Below the pieces are notes generated by a model, which was not told the origin of the DNA, searched no databases, and worked only from the letters and a program-made list of their open reading frames with translations. A DNA stretch of 64,000 nt. It comes from Ophelia neglecta (Eukaryota). Location: the NCBI GenBank assembly GCA_965285935.1, contig OZ260665.1, positions 27,156,001-27,220,000 of the forward strand, written 5' to 3'. The translations under genes were made by a program, and so were the position numbers. Below, piece by piece: positions 12,965 to 25,025 of the stretch (position 1 is its first letter; each line of letters starts with the position of its first letter).

Positions 12965-13307
12965 GGATAGGGCTTCCCTCAGAGGGTCTTGGGGCTTGGG
13001 TGTTCCCTCGAAGGGCCTAGGGGCTTGGATGACCCTCATAGGGTCGGGGGGCTCGGGTGTCCCCTCAGGTGGGTCTGGGGTTGTGGATATCCCATCAAAG
13101 GTTACTGTGGGTTGTGGTGTCCCCTCTTGGAGTCTGAGGGCTTGGATGTCCCCTAAGGGGGTCTGGGGGCATGGGGGTCCCCTCTTGGGGTCTGAGGGCT
13201 TTGGTGTCCCCTCAGGGGGTGTGGGGGCTTGGGTGTACCCTCGGAGGGTCTAGGGACTGGGTGTCCCCTCAGAGGGTCGGGGGGCTTGGGTATCCCCTCA
13301 GAGGGTG
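12965..13307. repeat. ~29-30-bp G-rich minisatellite, ~12 copies
   Basis: Unit approx. GGGGGCTTGGGTGTCCCCTCAGAGGGTCT; the GTCCCCT anchor recurs about every 29-30 bp. Confidence 0.92.
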
Positions 13308-15844
13308 AAACCCCTCAACTCTTTTCTGCGAGGGGACACCAACCCCACACACTTGGGATGATCAAAATGATTTCCACAACATTTATTTGTTATTTACATG
13401 TACGTGCCAGGTGTATATCAAACATGTATGGCAGAGGAGCTACAACAGCTTTATTATCTTTATGAATCAAATTCACTGAATCATTCGAAAAATCAAAAAG
13501 TCTGTGCTATTGGTAATATTTTGGCCCAAAATAGTCCATTGGGAGGCCACAGCATTATGGAAGTTAATAATGCAGGTGCCCTTGCTGTTGACTTTATCTA
13601 TACCTAAAAGGTTTATATAATGGATTGAGTGAAACAAAATGACAGATGGGAGAGATATTTATACATGAATTATGCACAACTATGGAAATGGCTTGCCATG
13701 TTCATATCCCTGGCGGGCCAAGAAGGCCTGGAGATTACTTAGGAAAAGTTCACCAAAATATCTAAGGACTTTTAATATATGTACTTAAGTGCATTACAAG
13801 TCATCTGCTGCAGGATAATGTCATTAACCATGTAAAATTAAGCTGAAGCTGCATTCGGCAAACAGTGGCTGGGCAGACGTGAAGGCTATTGGTATGCAAT
13901 ATTCCCTGTATGGGATGACTGAGGTATGGTAAAAGAAAACATCAGGCCATATAATATCAGTGTTCACAGCAGCAGACCATGATATAGTTGTATCTGGAGA
14001 CCATCAGCCAGAGCCAAACATTATACATGTATATTTATAATCAAACCATAATAAAGGTTCTCAATTTATGCAGGGATCTCCCTTGGCAATCCCAAAGAAG
14101 AGAATATGTCCTCCACAAGTGGCTTGGCAAGCCATAGTGGGGCCAGCCCTTTTAAGGACCTTAATGTGAAGAGAGCAATTTAGATAATTATTCTGCTCGA
14201 TACTGGCAACCTGTGGTTCTCCATACATTTTATTCCTATTATTAGGCCTATGTTTCATATGTATATTTATATAGTCAACTATTATCCTATTTCCATATTA
14301 TTTTTATTTCATATATTTGCACTAGATTAATAGACTTTTTACTGTACTTTAATTTTGTTACACATGATAAATAGTATGAATAAAATTATTAAGTGTGAGA
14401 GATTTGTTTTTTTGTGGTGTCTCTAAAAAAAATTCATCCAAATTGAGTTTCTTACCATTAGTTAAAATCATAATATTGCCAACTGAGAATAACTTGAAAG
14501 TTTGGGGAACGTATCAAACTGTATGTAATTCTTTCATTGTTCTCTTCAATGATGATGCCTGCCATTTTTTATTTTTCTGCAAATCCATGTAAAGGCAGGC
14601 TTTGGCATTATGTCGGTTTGAATTAAAGTACCTGGACAATCCATTGTCAGAGTGTTACATTTGGTCACTATCTGGGAATTGCATTAACCAGAGTAACATA
14701 TACTAAAAAATATCAAACCTATCAGGTACCATCTGCCTCAACAGTGTTCCATAGTTTGTTAATAGTTAGGCAGCAGTAAAAGATGTGTGACGTTGTTTCT
14801 AGATCATCAAAATATTTACCCAATCAAAGTCAGGTATCTTAATTTGCTTAACCCTTAGGTAAATTTTCCATTGCAGACTTATTATATTGCTTTACAGTTA
14901 GTGGCATGCCTTGCTATATAAAGTGTTTATGTGGCAAAACTTATTTTACCATATTTGTTAACATATACCTTAAAGTTTCCAGATATTTGGCATTGTGACA
15001 AAAATGCATAAATTTAAAATTATTTTCTTAATAATGGAGGTAATCAGACATTAAGAGGATGACATTGATTAAGTAAGTTAAAGTGCACATTTAATGTTTG
15101 TTAAATTTGTTACTGACAGAGCATTTTCTACTACTAGTATATTTATTTCCCATTGAGTTTGAGTTGTGTTACTGAGTATTCTGATGTTAAATCTTATCCT
15201 GATCAATGAAATCTTCACATATAGCATCCTTAACATATAAAAGATCATTTTCCACCCAGGTTTTAAAAATATAGACAAACAATTAATGTGTTAGTTATAT
15301 GCTTATTGTGAAACTATTATTGTCGGTTTATTTAGATAATTTATGTCAAAATAATTCATTTATAGTTCCTTCCAAATTGCAGGCATGGTATTCCCATCAA
15401 AAGTACCTTGTACACTGTTGATTGTATGTAGTTGTTAAATACTCCTATTATTATCAAAGGAAGAGAAAAAGGACTTTAATAGCTTTTCCAAAAAAACAAA
15501 ACAATATTGTTAACTGCACATCATGCAGATCTGGCATGTTCAGGCCACCACATGGATAGGCATAACCTGAGTGTTTTAGGGATAACTCTATCTGCTGTTC
15601 CTTTTCTAAATTCATTATTAGGACAATGAATTTAGCAAGTCTTGTTTATTTGTCAAGGGGTTAAACTTACTAGAGTGTCCGGGGGTTAACTCTATCTGGT
15701 ATAAGTTTTCCATTCAAACTGTCACCGGAAACTAAGGATCCGAGTAATAATGAGTTCAGTATATCAAGAATAGATTTAGGATAACATATAAATTGCATTT
15801 TTTTTAAATTAATTGGGAGGTAAGGAAAAGTCTTGATAATTGTT

Positions 15845-16275
15845 AACATGACCGACTGGCCGACCGACAGTCCGACTGTCTGTGCCAACTTTAAACCGCT
15901 TTAACTTCTCAGGGCTTCACGGAAGTTTGTTATGGCCAATGGAGGATGATTTCATATTGTTTTCGGACCGATTGGAAAAACAAGATGGCTGACACAATTC
16001 ATCAGGTAAGGTTTGTATGTTGCGCGAAATCTCGAACGGATGCAGGGATTATTCTGAAACTTCATGGAAGTCATCAATGTGACATTGCGGTGAGCTGAAA
16101 AGGTTTTGGGTGAGATCGGAAAAACAAGATGGCTGCCGAGGGCAATTATTTAGAAATGCATTAACATGGGATCTTTTGGAAGCTTAACGGAGTGAGATAG
16201 GCACATGACAGGTATTAAACACTAATAGGAAATCATATACAAGGAATCCAGTTGTGTTCTTTAATTTGACCTTGT
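15845..16275 (+). mobile_element. Helentron/DINE-1-like non-autonomous element fragment (HINE-type)
   Basis: Degenerate tetranucleotide tract (gaccgactggccgaccgacagtccgactgtctgt), two copies of GGAAAAACAAGATGGCTG about 150 bp apart, and AATAGGAAATCATATAC and TTTGACCTTG motifs typical of these elements. CpG is retained. Ends are not defined. Confidence 0.55.
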
Positions 16276-16663
16276 TTAATAATATTTTCAAAAAGGCTGA
16301 TGCACTGGCACCCATTTTCCTTACAACCATGTGCAGGCTTTGAGCAGCCAAATGTCACCAAAAACCTTATTTTTGTTATCTGGAAGAAGCCTCCAGGTGA
16401 TGTTTTCACAAAGTCTTGACGTCAATATTTCTCTACTGCCAAGCCACATTCCCTCAGTTTGTCTAATCCCATGGATGGGTGAGGGACAACACTTTGTTTT
16501 TGAGCATCTTATTTCCACGGTCTTAGCAATGACACCAGCTCAGTACAGATTTCAGTGTTTTTTCTGGTTAGCTGAGGCTGTGCATAAGGTGTTAGTATCA
16601 TTCTGTTGAGCAAGATATTTAAGTGCCTAGTTGAAAAGAAGTGAATGGAGTTGTCAGGTTTTG

Positions 16664-16705
16664 CAGTAAACTGCACCAGGTTTTTCAGTAAACTGCACCA
16701 GGTTT
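16664..16705. repeat. Short tandem duplication (CAGTAAACTGCACCAGGTTT x2)
   Basis: Read directly. Confidence 0.85.
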
Positions 16706-17183
16706 AAGGAAAACAATGTTGGCTTTACCATTGTTCTCGGTGGCATGTGGTTTGGCCTGAATCATCTGCAAAGAACAGTACAATTGTGACTTGCCAAGGG
16801 CATGCCACAGTCTCCTTTAAAAGCAGTACATCAATGTGGCTGGCCGGGAGACCTTGGAGCTTTAACTATTTTCTGGGGGCAGGCATTTTACAGTCCTAGC
16901 ATTGAAAGGCGTATAAGTATATTATATACAGTACCTGCACACTACATGTATATACCCTAACTGTAACCTCATTCCAACACCAAATTGAGGAAGCCATATG
17001 CCCATGCTATACCCAATGAGCAGTACCTCAGGCCTTGCCATACTCATGTATATGTACTCTTATGTACAATATGCTCAAGTGCACTATTGGGTAAAGCCAT
17101 GACTTGGCAGAAGGAGTGTAATGATAAAGTTACTTTTGTATCATATTTTTTCATATTAGGTGCTTTGAATATTTTTCCTAAAG

Positions 17184-17298
17184 AATTGCTGTCCTGACAA
17201 CTGTGAGGCTTTTACATCATCCGAATCTGGAGGCACCTCACACCAATCATCATGTCTGAAGGTCCTACCAAGCTTCATTATATTACTAAACATAACAG
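17184..17298 (+). CDS. Candidate internal exon (NCCPDNCEAFTSSESGGTSHQSSCLKVLPSFIILLNIT)
   Basis: tttttcctaaag| acceptor and CAG|GTACCA donor. The phase-0 frame is open and compatible with 12581-12617. The donor is weak and no homology is recognised. Confidence 0.25.
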
Positions 17299-20200
17299 GT
17301 ACCATAAATGAAGTGTAAGTTTGTTATGGCACTAAAAGATTGACTAATCAAAGAAATCTGTGGAATAGCTAGGGTGTTTGAAAGCCAATGTGAGGAAAGG
17401 GTAGAATTCTCGACTGGTCCTTATCTGGTTTGTAGGTGACTGCTTCTCATGTTAAACCAGCTGAAGTGTAGATTGTGTCTCAGTCAATGAACCTCTCTGT
17501 TGCCAAGGGTTGCAGGGCTCTCAGTCATAATATTCCACACAGTTTCATGGCGGTATTATGATGTTAATCAGCTTAAAATATGACTGTTTCTGCCTGGCCT
17601 TTTTTCAAGCCTGTGCTGTTTCATTATGCCACTGTCAGCTACATGTATATCTATTTTTTGCCTCAAACTATTGTGTCCTCACTCCATGCACAATTCTTAT
17701 TGGTTGAAACCCAAGAAAACTGTGCAACAATATGGTCACAGTGGTTTAATTATTAGATGTGATGATCTGTGTTGGTGATACAAGCATCTGCCAAACACAA
17801 ACATCAGACTTGGAAGCCAAACAGAACAAAAAGAATTAAGGGACAGATTTATTTATTTGCAAGACAGGCAGCTTTAAATTCCAGTAAGGTCTAAAAATAC
17901 AACAAACTCTTTGTTGTGCCACGAGTTTTCACTAATATGTATCCTCAATAACATGTTGTCAGGAAGTACTACAGGACCAGACAAATGGCTGTCTATGGCC
18001 ATCTCAAAGGATATCCTCTGTAAACCAGCTAGTATTTTGATAAGTTTATTGCAAGCCTGCAATTCCCTGTATTAAAAGGCATTCAACATATTGGCTGTGA
18101 AATATACCAGAAACTAAGAGGGCTTGGCAGCTTAGAGCGTCTGTCTTCTTCGACTTGACTTATCTGGGGTTGGAGGAACAATCGTAGATCTTCAAGGGAA
18201 TTTTCTTAGCAGCCGCGGCTCACGGTGGCTTCGACCTTGCCGCTCTGCAAAGACATCTCTATTCGTCAGCGGAGACATTTAGTGTAGCGTCCTAAGTATT
18301 CTATTGCATTATATCACCATTACATCAGCCCTCTGTCTTCTTTAAAGCAGGCTGATTTACCTCCCTGGCCTTACTAGGCATGTTTCATCTGCTGAAAGCA
18401 GCAAATTCAATCCGGTTAGCCATGGCAATTGAGCTTAACCCAATCTAGCGGCGCATCCTTGGTGTGTTACTTTCTGATGTTCTGTGTGAAGAAAAAAATA
18501 AGGATGTTAAGTGTTTTATAGATTAATCTGTCTATGACCACTGAATATTTGGAGGATTTTTAGCAATTGTAGGGTGTTTGAAACATTCTAACAGCATTTT
18601 TTAGATAACTGCTTTTTGTCCTTGGATTGAATTGTAGAAATGACTCTAATAAATGTCTGTCAGTCAGTTATCATATTACAGGAGACTTGATCAAGGTTAG
18701 GATATGACATTTAATAATGCCCCTGCACTGCAGTCAGGGCTTTTCCAATAAAGTTGAGGCGGGTGCAGGACAGAAAAGGAAGGTTTTTATAAACATATAA
18801 ATAAAATGTATAAAAAATAAAAGCAAACTGATCAGAATTAGTTAGGACTAGAACAAAAGTATAGACACATTTCTCCTAATATTTACTAGTTCTAACAACC
18901 AGGATGTCTTGTCTTACTGAAATTGCTGTTAAACTATCATACTCTTTGTCATTCATAGTATCCTTAAAGCTGCATGCTAACATAATAATGTATTATTTAG
19001 GCACTTTTTTTGTACTTTTCATTGTTAATTTCACTAAAGAAACCATTAATGATTATTATTGGAGTTGTCCGAAACTGTCGTGAAGATCAGAGAAATTCAT
19101 AGCCAAATATGAATAATATATATGGTTAAAAGATTGACTTTCACCGAGGGTGGCAAACTTTTCTCAGATACCGCGGAGGCCATTCTTTTCATTTTCTCTC
19201 GCCTATTTAATCTGATATAGCCATTGACCTGCAGCTTGCTGTCGGCAGATATCAACCTGGACGGATTATCGCCCCGAACCGGGGGCGGAAAGATAATCTC
19301 AAGAGCCTCGCAATGCCTCTCTTGTGGCTGACTGCGTTAATCCCGCCATGACTCCACAAAGTTCCCAATGATTTTTATTGCAATTTATTTTGGTTTTTAC
19401 TAGGATCATGGAATCCCTCGTGAGCTTATTATAAGAACCAGATGAGGCAACAGCAATGAAGTTATGAATATTTACCCTGCCAAAATAAAAAGCTGATCCA
19501 TTTGTATTTGTGCTCAGATATCTGAAAAGCCAATCATCCAGGATTGAAATATATATGTAGAATTGTCAGGCAGACTTGTCATCAGGCCGTGCCTCGGGTT
19601 TATATGCTGTAGGCAAGCCTTGGAAGTCTTTGAGTTCACAATAGTACCAGGGAACGTGCAGTCCCAGGCATTACCCTCCCGAGTATTACCATGGCCTGAG
19701 TCTAGTTTTTTGTATGTATTACCTCAAAACAAATGGTAGGAAAACTAGCTGTAGCTTCTATCAAATAATATTGTTCACCCGCCTTGTGGCTGGGAAGTTG
19801 TTTTGCTGGGTATTGTGCACTTCTATAAAAATGATCAGTGTTGAACAAGAACATTAGAGTAATTTTTTGTGCCAATTAAATTCATGAAAGTTTAATGATT
19901 TGCACAATGCTACCTGGTTTCTGAGTACATGTACTTCTGGCTGTATGTGATGTGATGTATCCATTCGGAGCCTCCCCCTCAGGCTGCCTGGTCTAAGAAG
20001 ATAGCTTGTTTTCTTTTCACATAGACAACTGAACATGGTGTGAGTGGTACAGACTTTTATCGCACTCTCTGTCAGTGCCAAGAACAATTGTATTGTGATT
20101 GGTGTCTGTTTGAATAAAGTGACAGTTGTGAGAGAAAAGATGGCTCAGAGTGATTGGATTCTGTAAAGCCTGAGACTGGCAACAATCAAATATCAGGTGC

Positions 20201-21334
20201 CATCTTCATTATCTCCCTGATAGTCGACCAGCCCACGGCCAGCCTGTCCTATTAACTCCGCAGTCTGCTAACTCGGGGTTCCCATCACCCAAACTACAAA
20301 GAGGCGAAAACCAATCGCCCATCTTATAAACCTACTTCCTCTACTAAGCCGTGACTCGGCACAGTACGATTCCTCCATAGATAATTAGAAAACCTCGCAC
20401 TCATCCATCAGACGTGGGCTGCCGACAGGCTCGGCTCCCGGCTTCATAAAAATTATTAACTCATAATTAGGGTGCGAAGGGTGAGCCTCAGACCTCATCC
20501 TCAGACGCTCCTAGATTGATTAATGACAGCGTAAAAGCTTCAGCATTATATCCTCTAATAGTTCTGCTTTAATCCATTAGTGATCCATCTCAAAACAACA
20601 CAGCAACTCATATATTAGTTCTATCAACAATCATAGCTTGTTATTCGTTTACCTTTAATACTCTATGATGATCAGCCTGCCTATATACAGTACATATCAA
20701 TATGTCAATAGCTTGAGGGATTAACAAAGAAGAACTCTGAACATCTCAACTAGCCAAGCATGTGCAAAATTCTCAGTTATGGGGTAACACTCTTAAGAAA
20801 TGTCAAAGGTTGTCTTATGTTCCCAGTTCTAACTTGCTGGTGGAGACAACACATATTTGCAGTATTCATTCCTAGGCGTGATGAATTACTGTGTTGTAGT
20901 TGAAGCCAGCAAAATCCCCTGGAGGCAAAGTCATTGTAGAAAAAAAACAAGTACTTGACCAATGTAAATCCATTTATTCAAGCTTTTTTGAACAGTGCTG
21001 TAAAAGCGATTTTTTTGTATAATAAAATTGTGATAACACAAAATATCCTTCATAAATGTATGAACTGCCTTGTAGTCACTGTAACCTAAGTGCATCATGT
21101 CCATGACACAGAATTAATAAGTAGTACAGCTCTCAGCACACATTGAGGTATTTGGAAACATATTGAAACATTGTTCATGGGGAGCGCCACAAATCCTGGT
21201 AATTTTGATGATTGTGTGGTGGTTCACTACTTGGCTTGATCCCTATCTACTAAATACCATGTTCAAAACGAAGTTAATACACTGATATTTACTGATTAAT
21301 ATGGTACGAATGTCCTGAAAGGAGATATTTTGAT

Positions 21335-21523
21335 TAAAAGTAAAACCAGAGAGTTAAGACCACCAAAGGGACTGGACAGTAATATCTTGATTATAGAGGT
21401 GGTCATTTTGGACAGGTTATATTATTTTGAAATTGTACAGTATCAGCTTTAAGCTTTTGGACAATGGTCTCAATTGACAGGTGGCCTGAATTTAGAGACG
21501 GTCTTAAGGCAGGTTTCACTGTA
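21335..21523. mobile_element. Tc1/mariner-pogo-type MITE (~190 bp)
   Basis: Right end AAGGCAGGTTTCACTG|TA; degenerate left end TAAAAGTAAAACC..TTAAGACC. Shares CAGGTGGCCTGAAT with the copy at 57877. Confidence 0.7.
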
Positions 21524-21944
21524 TTGCCATGTACAGAACAGGTGAGATGTACAATCTAATTGGACTGTGGGTGGGTGAAAAATGACTTCAATTTCCTTTG
21601 TGTGATAGGCAGGCCGTGTTTAAAGTCATCAGTAAAGTGGACATCAATGTTCCCTTAGAACAAATGTGGCTGTGCAGGTTCCAAATTACATTTAGTCCAA
21701 AGCATGGATTCTGTCTAATGTACTATGGGCACATTTAATTAAACCTTTGCTCATCCCAGAAGCTGATTAAATATCTAATAATGGAATTATTTAGGCATCA
21801 TTTGATGCATGATGTGATTATATTAGACAGAGTGTGTTGACCTCCTCTTGGACGCTCACTGCAGTTTGTATCTAATAATGGACTCTTTTAATAAGGATGT
21901 TATTTAACTGTCTGGTTCTTTTGCTGTAACTTCTGTTGTTTCAG

Positions 21945-22014
21945 GAGATTTGTACCAATGATTGATGTGTTTGGTTGTGTGGTTGATAGACTGGGTGCCA
22001 CTGACTGTTTCCTG
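21945..22014 (+). CDS. Candidate exon (RFVPMIDVFGCVVDRLGATDCFL in phase 2; GDLYQ* in phase 1)
   Basis: Strong acceptor (ttcttttgctgtaacttctgttgtttcag|) and possible donor CTG|GTCAGC. The reading frame is ambiguous. Confidence 0.25.
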
Positions 22015-24629
22015 GTCAGCCATGCTTTTATACAGTGTATGTCATCATTCTTTCTTGGACTGAGGCAGAACAAATGTATAAGGGGACTTGACTGTTTTAA
22101 TACCTACATGTACATAAAAATTTACTTACCAGGAAAGTTACCTGTTTTTTATTATTATTCGCATTGTGCCTCCCCTCCCCCCCCCCCCAGCAGCTTTAAA
22201 AATCTGAGTCGCGATAATATGCCTCCATTAGCCCCATAAAGCAGCTCTAGGAGTGTGAAAAGAGGGTACCTTCAGAGTCACTTTAAACGAATTTTTATCT
22301 TTTTGATAGATTTGGTAGAGAAATTCACATTTCAAGTCATTTAAAAGGCCTCCTGTGCCCCCAATTGCTCTCTATTTTATAGAAATCATTCTGTATAGTG
22401 TTTGAAGCAATGTGTCCATTTGGAGTTCCCTTAACAATTAGGTTTTGATTAATGATCTGATAGAATATCTGTTAGGATGGCCACCAATGTCCATTCAGCC
22501 TAATCACGGTCTTGTCCCCTTTCCTACTCCCTTCCAATTGGAGAGGCCAAGGCCAGGCTCATACTGAGGGGATATTCCTGATTGAGGCTAGTTCCTGATA
22601 GAATCTGTCTATTCTTCTTCCTGCAAAGTGCACTCCGGCAGCACTCGCCAGCACATTTAGGGATAGTGACCAAGTCTGTGATATCTTGGTCCAAATGGCT
22701 AAGGCAAATGGAGGTTTCCTGTTTTGTTCAGTGTCCCAGAGACAACATGCCCTCCCCCTAATTGCGCTCTTGAGAGATCCTGTATTGGTGGTGTAATAGG
22801 AATGTTTCCTCCTGATAGTTATTCCACACTGATTTGGAGATGGTAGAGGTCTGATGGCCCTGAATGGCAAGCGGATGTTAGAAGAAGATAGTGGTAGTAG
22901 AGAAAAAAAGTTCTTTACCCCTGGCAGCCACTGTTAAAGCTGTAGGTGGATGCTGTCTTCAGGAGTACTCTGTGATGTAAACAACAATATTTAAAACAAA
23001 GCCATAAATAAAGCTCCAAATATACTCATTGTCTTATGGCAATACAGTTAGTTAAAATTCCTCTCAATTGGTGCATGACTTGGAGAGTTAGTAGCTTTAC
23101 ATGAGTTGCCTTAGGGGGAGTTGGTAACGTATACCCCTACCAGATGGTTGCCTGAGATAAGTTGGTGCTCCGGCCATAATGTCCATTGGCACCACGTGCC
23201 TTGGCTGTTAATCTGGTCCTTACTGAGATCATATCTGGCAAGGAACGACCTCAGTGGCTTTGGCTGAAGTCGAAATACATTCTGTCAAGACAAGTCCCTT
23301 TTGCCCCTCTGAACACAAGACGATTTCATCTGTTATAAACCTGTATTTTAGCCTCTAAAGCTTCTCTTTAAGAAGTTGATGCCATCTTAATGTAGGTCCG
23401 TACAGACACTTAGATATCTTCACCTAGGAGAAGGTGTGCACTACAATGTGGACTGGATAATGATATTATCTCTTGTTCTGGTCTTGGCTTAAGAATTGGG
23501 TGCAAAACTCTACAGTTGAAAGACAGAAATGCTTTCCTCAAACTGGATAAATGTTGTATGTGTCTCCTTTAATATGTTATGCCAAGCAAAGATAACAGGT
23601 TTTCATGCTACTTAGGGAGATAAAAGACCAGGCTTGGCTGAGTTTTACTAGAGCTCAGAGTTGGTAATTGGACGCTTCTTTATCATTGATCTTTGTTCAC
23701 GGTCCATTGATTAATGATTGATTATAATCGGTCAGTGATTGTAATTGGTTGATCAATGCACAGTGATTATAATCAGTTGGTCCTTGTACAATGAGAAGTT
23801 AACTATGCCAGTCCAGAACAGTGGGATGAAGACCTCATGTACAATGTACCATGTATAGCTCTTACACAGCTCACATCCTGGTGTCTCCCTGCCAGGGAGT
23901 AGACAGGCATGTACATCAAATGGCCACCACCAATGGCTGTCAGTGAACACTTAAGTCAGGGATATGTGAATTGTTGTGTGTTTAGAGCATTTGATGAAAT
24001 ATTTGCTAATACAGATAGGCCTGACTCTTGATTATATAGATGATGTACTTGTACTGGAGTGCTTATTTACATGTATGGATGGTAATTGATGGGCCGCCTA
24101 TCGCTACATTGCATCCTTCCCAGTTGCCAACTAGAATAATGGAAGATGTTATGTGGCAGAAACTTAATGGCCACCTACCAAGCCTCCTTGCTAAAAAAAA
24201 ACTGGTGTCAGGTATTCTTTAAACCATTAATGCTTTTATATCAACTGATATTATGAGAATTATGGTGCATATGTGTATAAATTTGTTCATTAACTTATTC
24301 TGGATTATTTATTGATAATTATGACAAACAATGAATGTAAGTGTCAAGGGATATCCATATTAGCTAGGCATCAACATTTTTAGACAAGGAGGCGGTGAAG
24401 GATGCCCTTAGGGACTGACCCTCACTCCCAGTAGTGTATTGAGACCATGGACCACTGGCCAGTGGCCCCAGATCACTAGTAACCGCCTGGCCAACAAGCT
24501 TTGTACTAAAGAATGGCAAATGTGGATGTTATAGGCCTAGATAACTTGAGCTGGGCCACTGGATAAAGTGTCTATCATTGGACTGCCCTCACCTAAGTTC
24601 TCATGGTTCTAGTCCCCCTCTCACCTCCC

Positions 24630-25025
24630 AGGAAATGATCCTACCAAGCTTGAGATCTGATATTTGTATCCCCAACTCACCTCCCCGGACCTGACTCTGC
24701 TAAGAGATTGTATGTTTTGTCCCCTTCCACCTACCTAGATCTGACCTTAATAAGTGTGAGATTGTATATTTTGTCCCCCTCATTACTACCTAGATCTGAC
24801 CTTACTTAGTGTGAGATTGTATATTTTGTCCCCCTCCTACCTGACTAGATCTGACCTTAATAAGCCTGAGATTGTATATTTTGTCCCCCTCCTACCTGAC
24901 TAGATCTGACCTTAATAAGTCTGAGATTGTATGTTTTGACCCCTTCCACCTACCTAGATCTGACCTTATTAAGTGCGAGATTGTATGTTTTGTACCCCTC
25001 CTACCTACATAGATCTAACCTTACT
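24630..25025. repeat. 55-bp minisatellite, ~7 copies
   Basis: Unit CTAGATCTGACCTTAATAAGCCTGAGATTGTATATTTTGTCCCCCTCCTACCTGA; anchors at 24845 and 24900. Confidence 0.93.

Noticed and set aside
21958-22014. FGCVVDRLG as MFS transporter motif A
   Set aside because: Too short, no flanking transmembrane exons found, and the frame is ambiguous.
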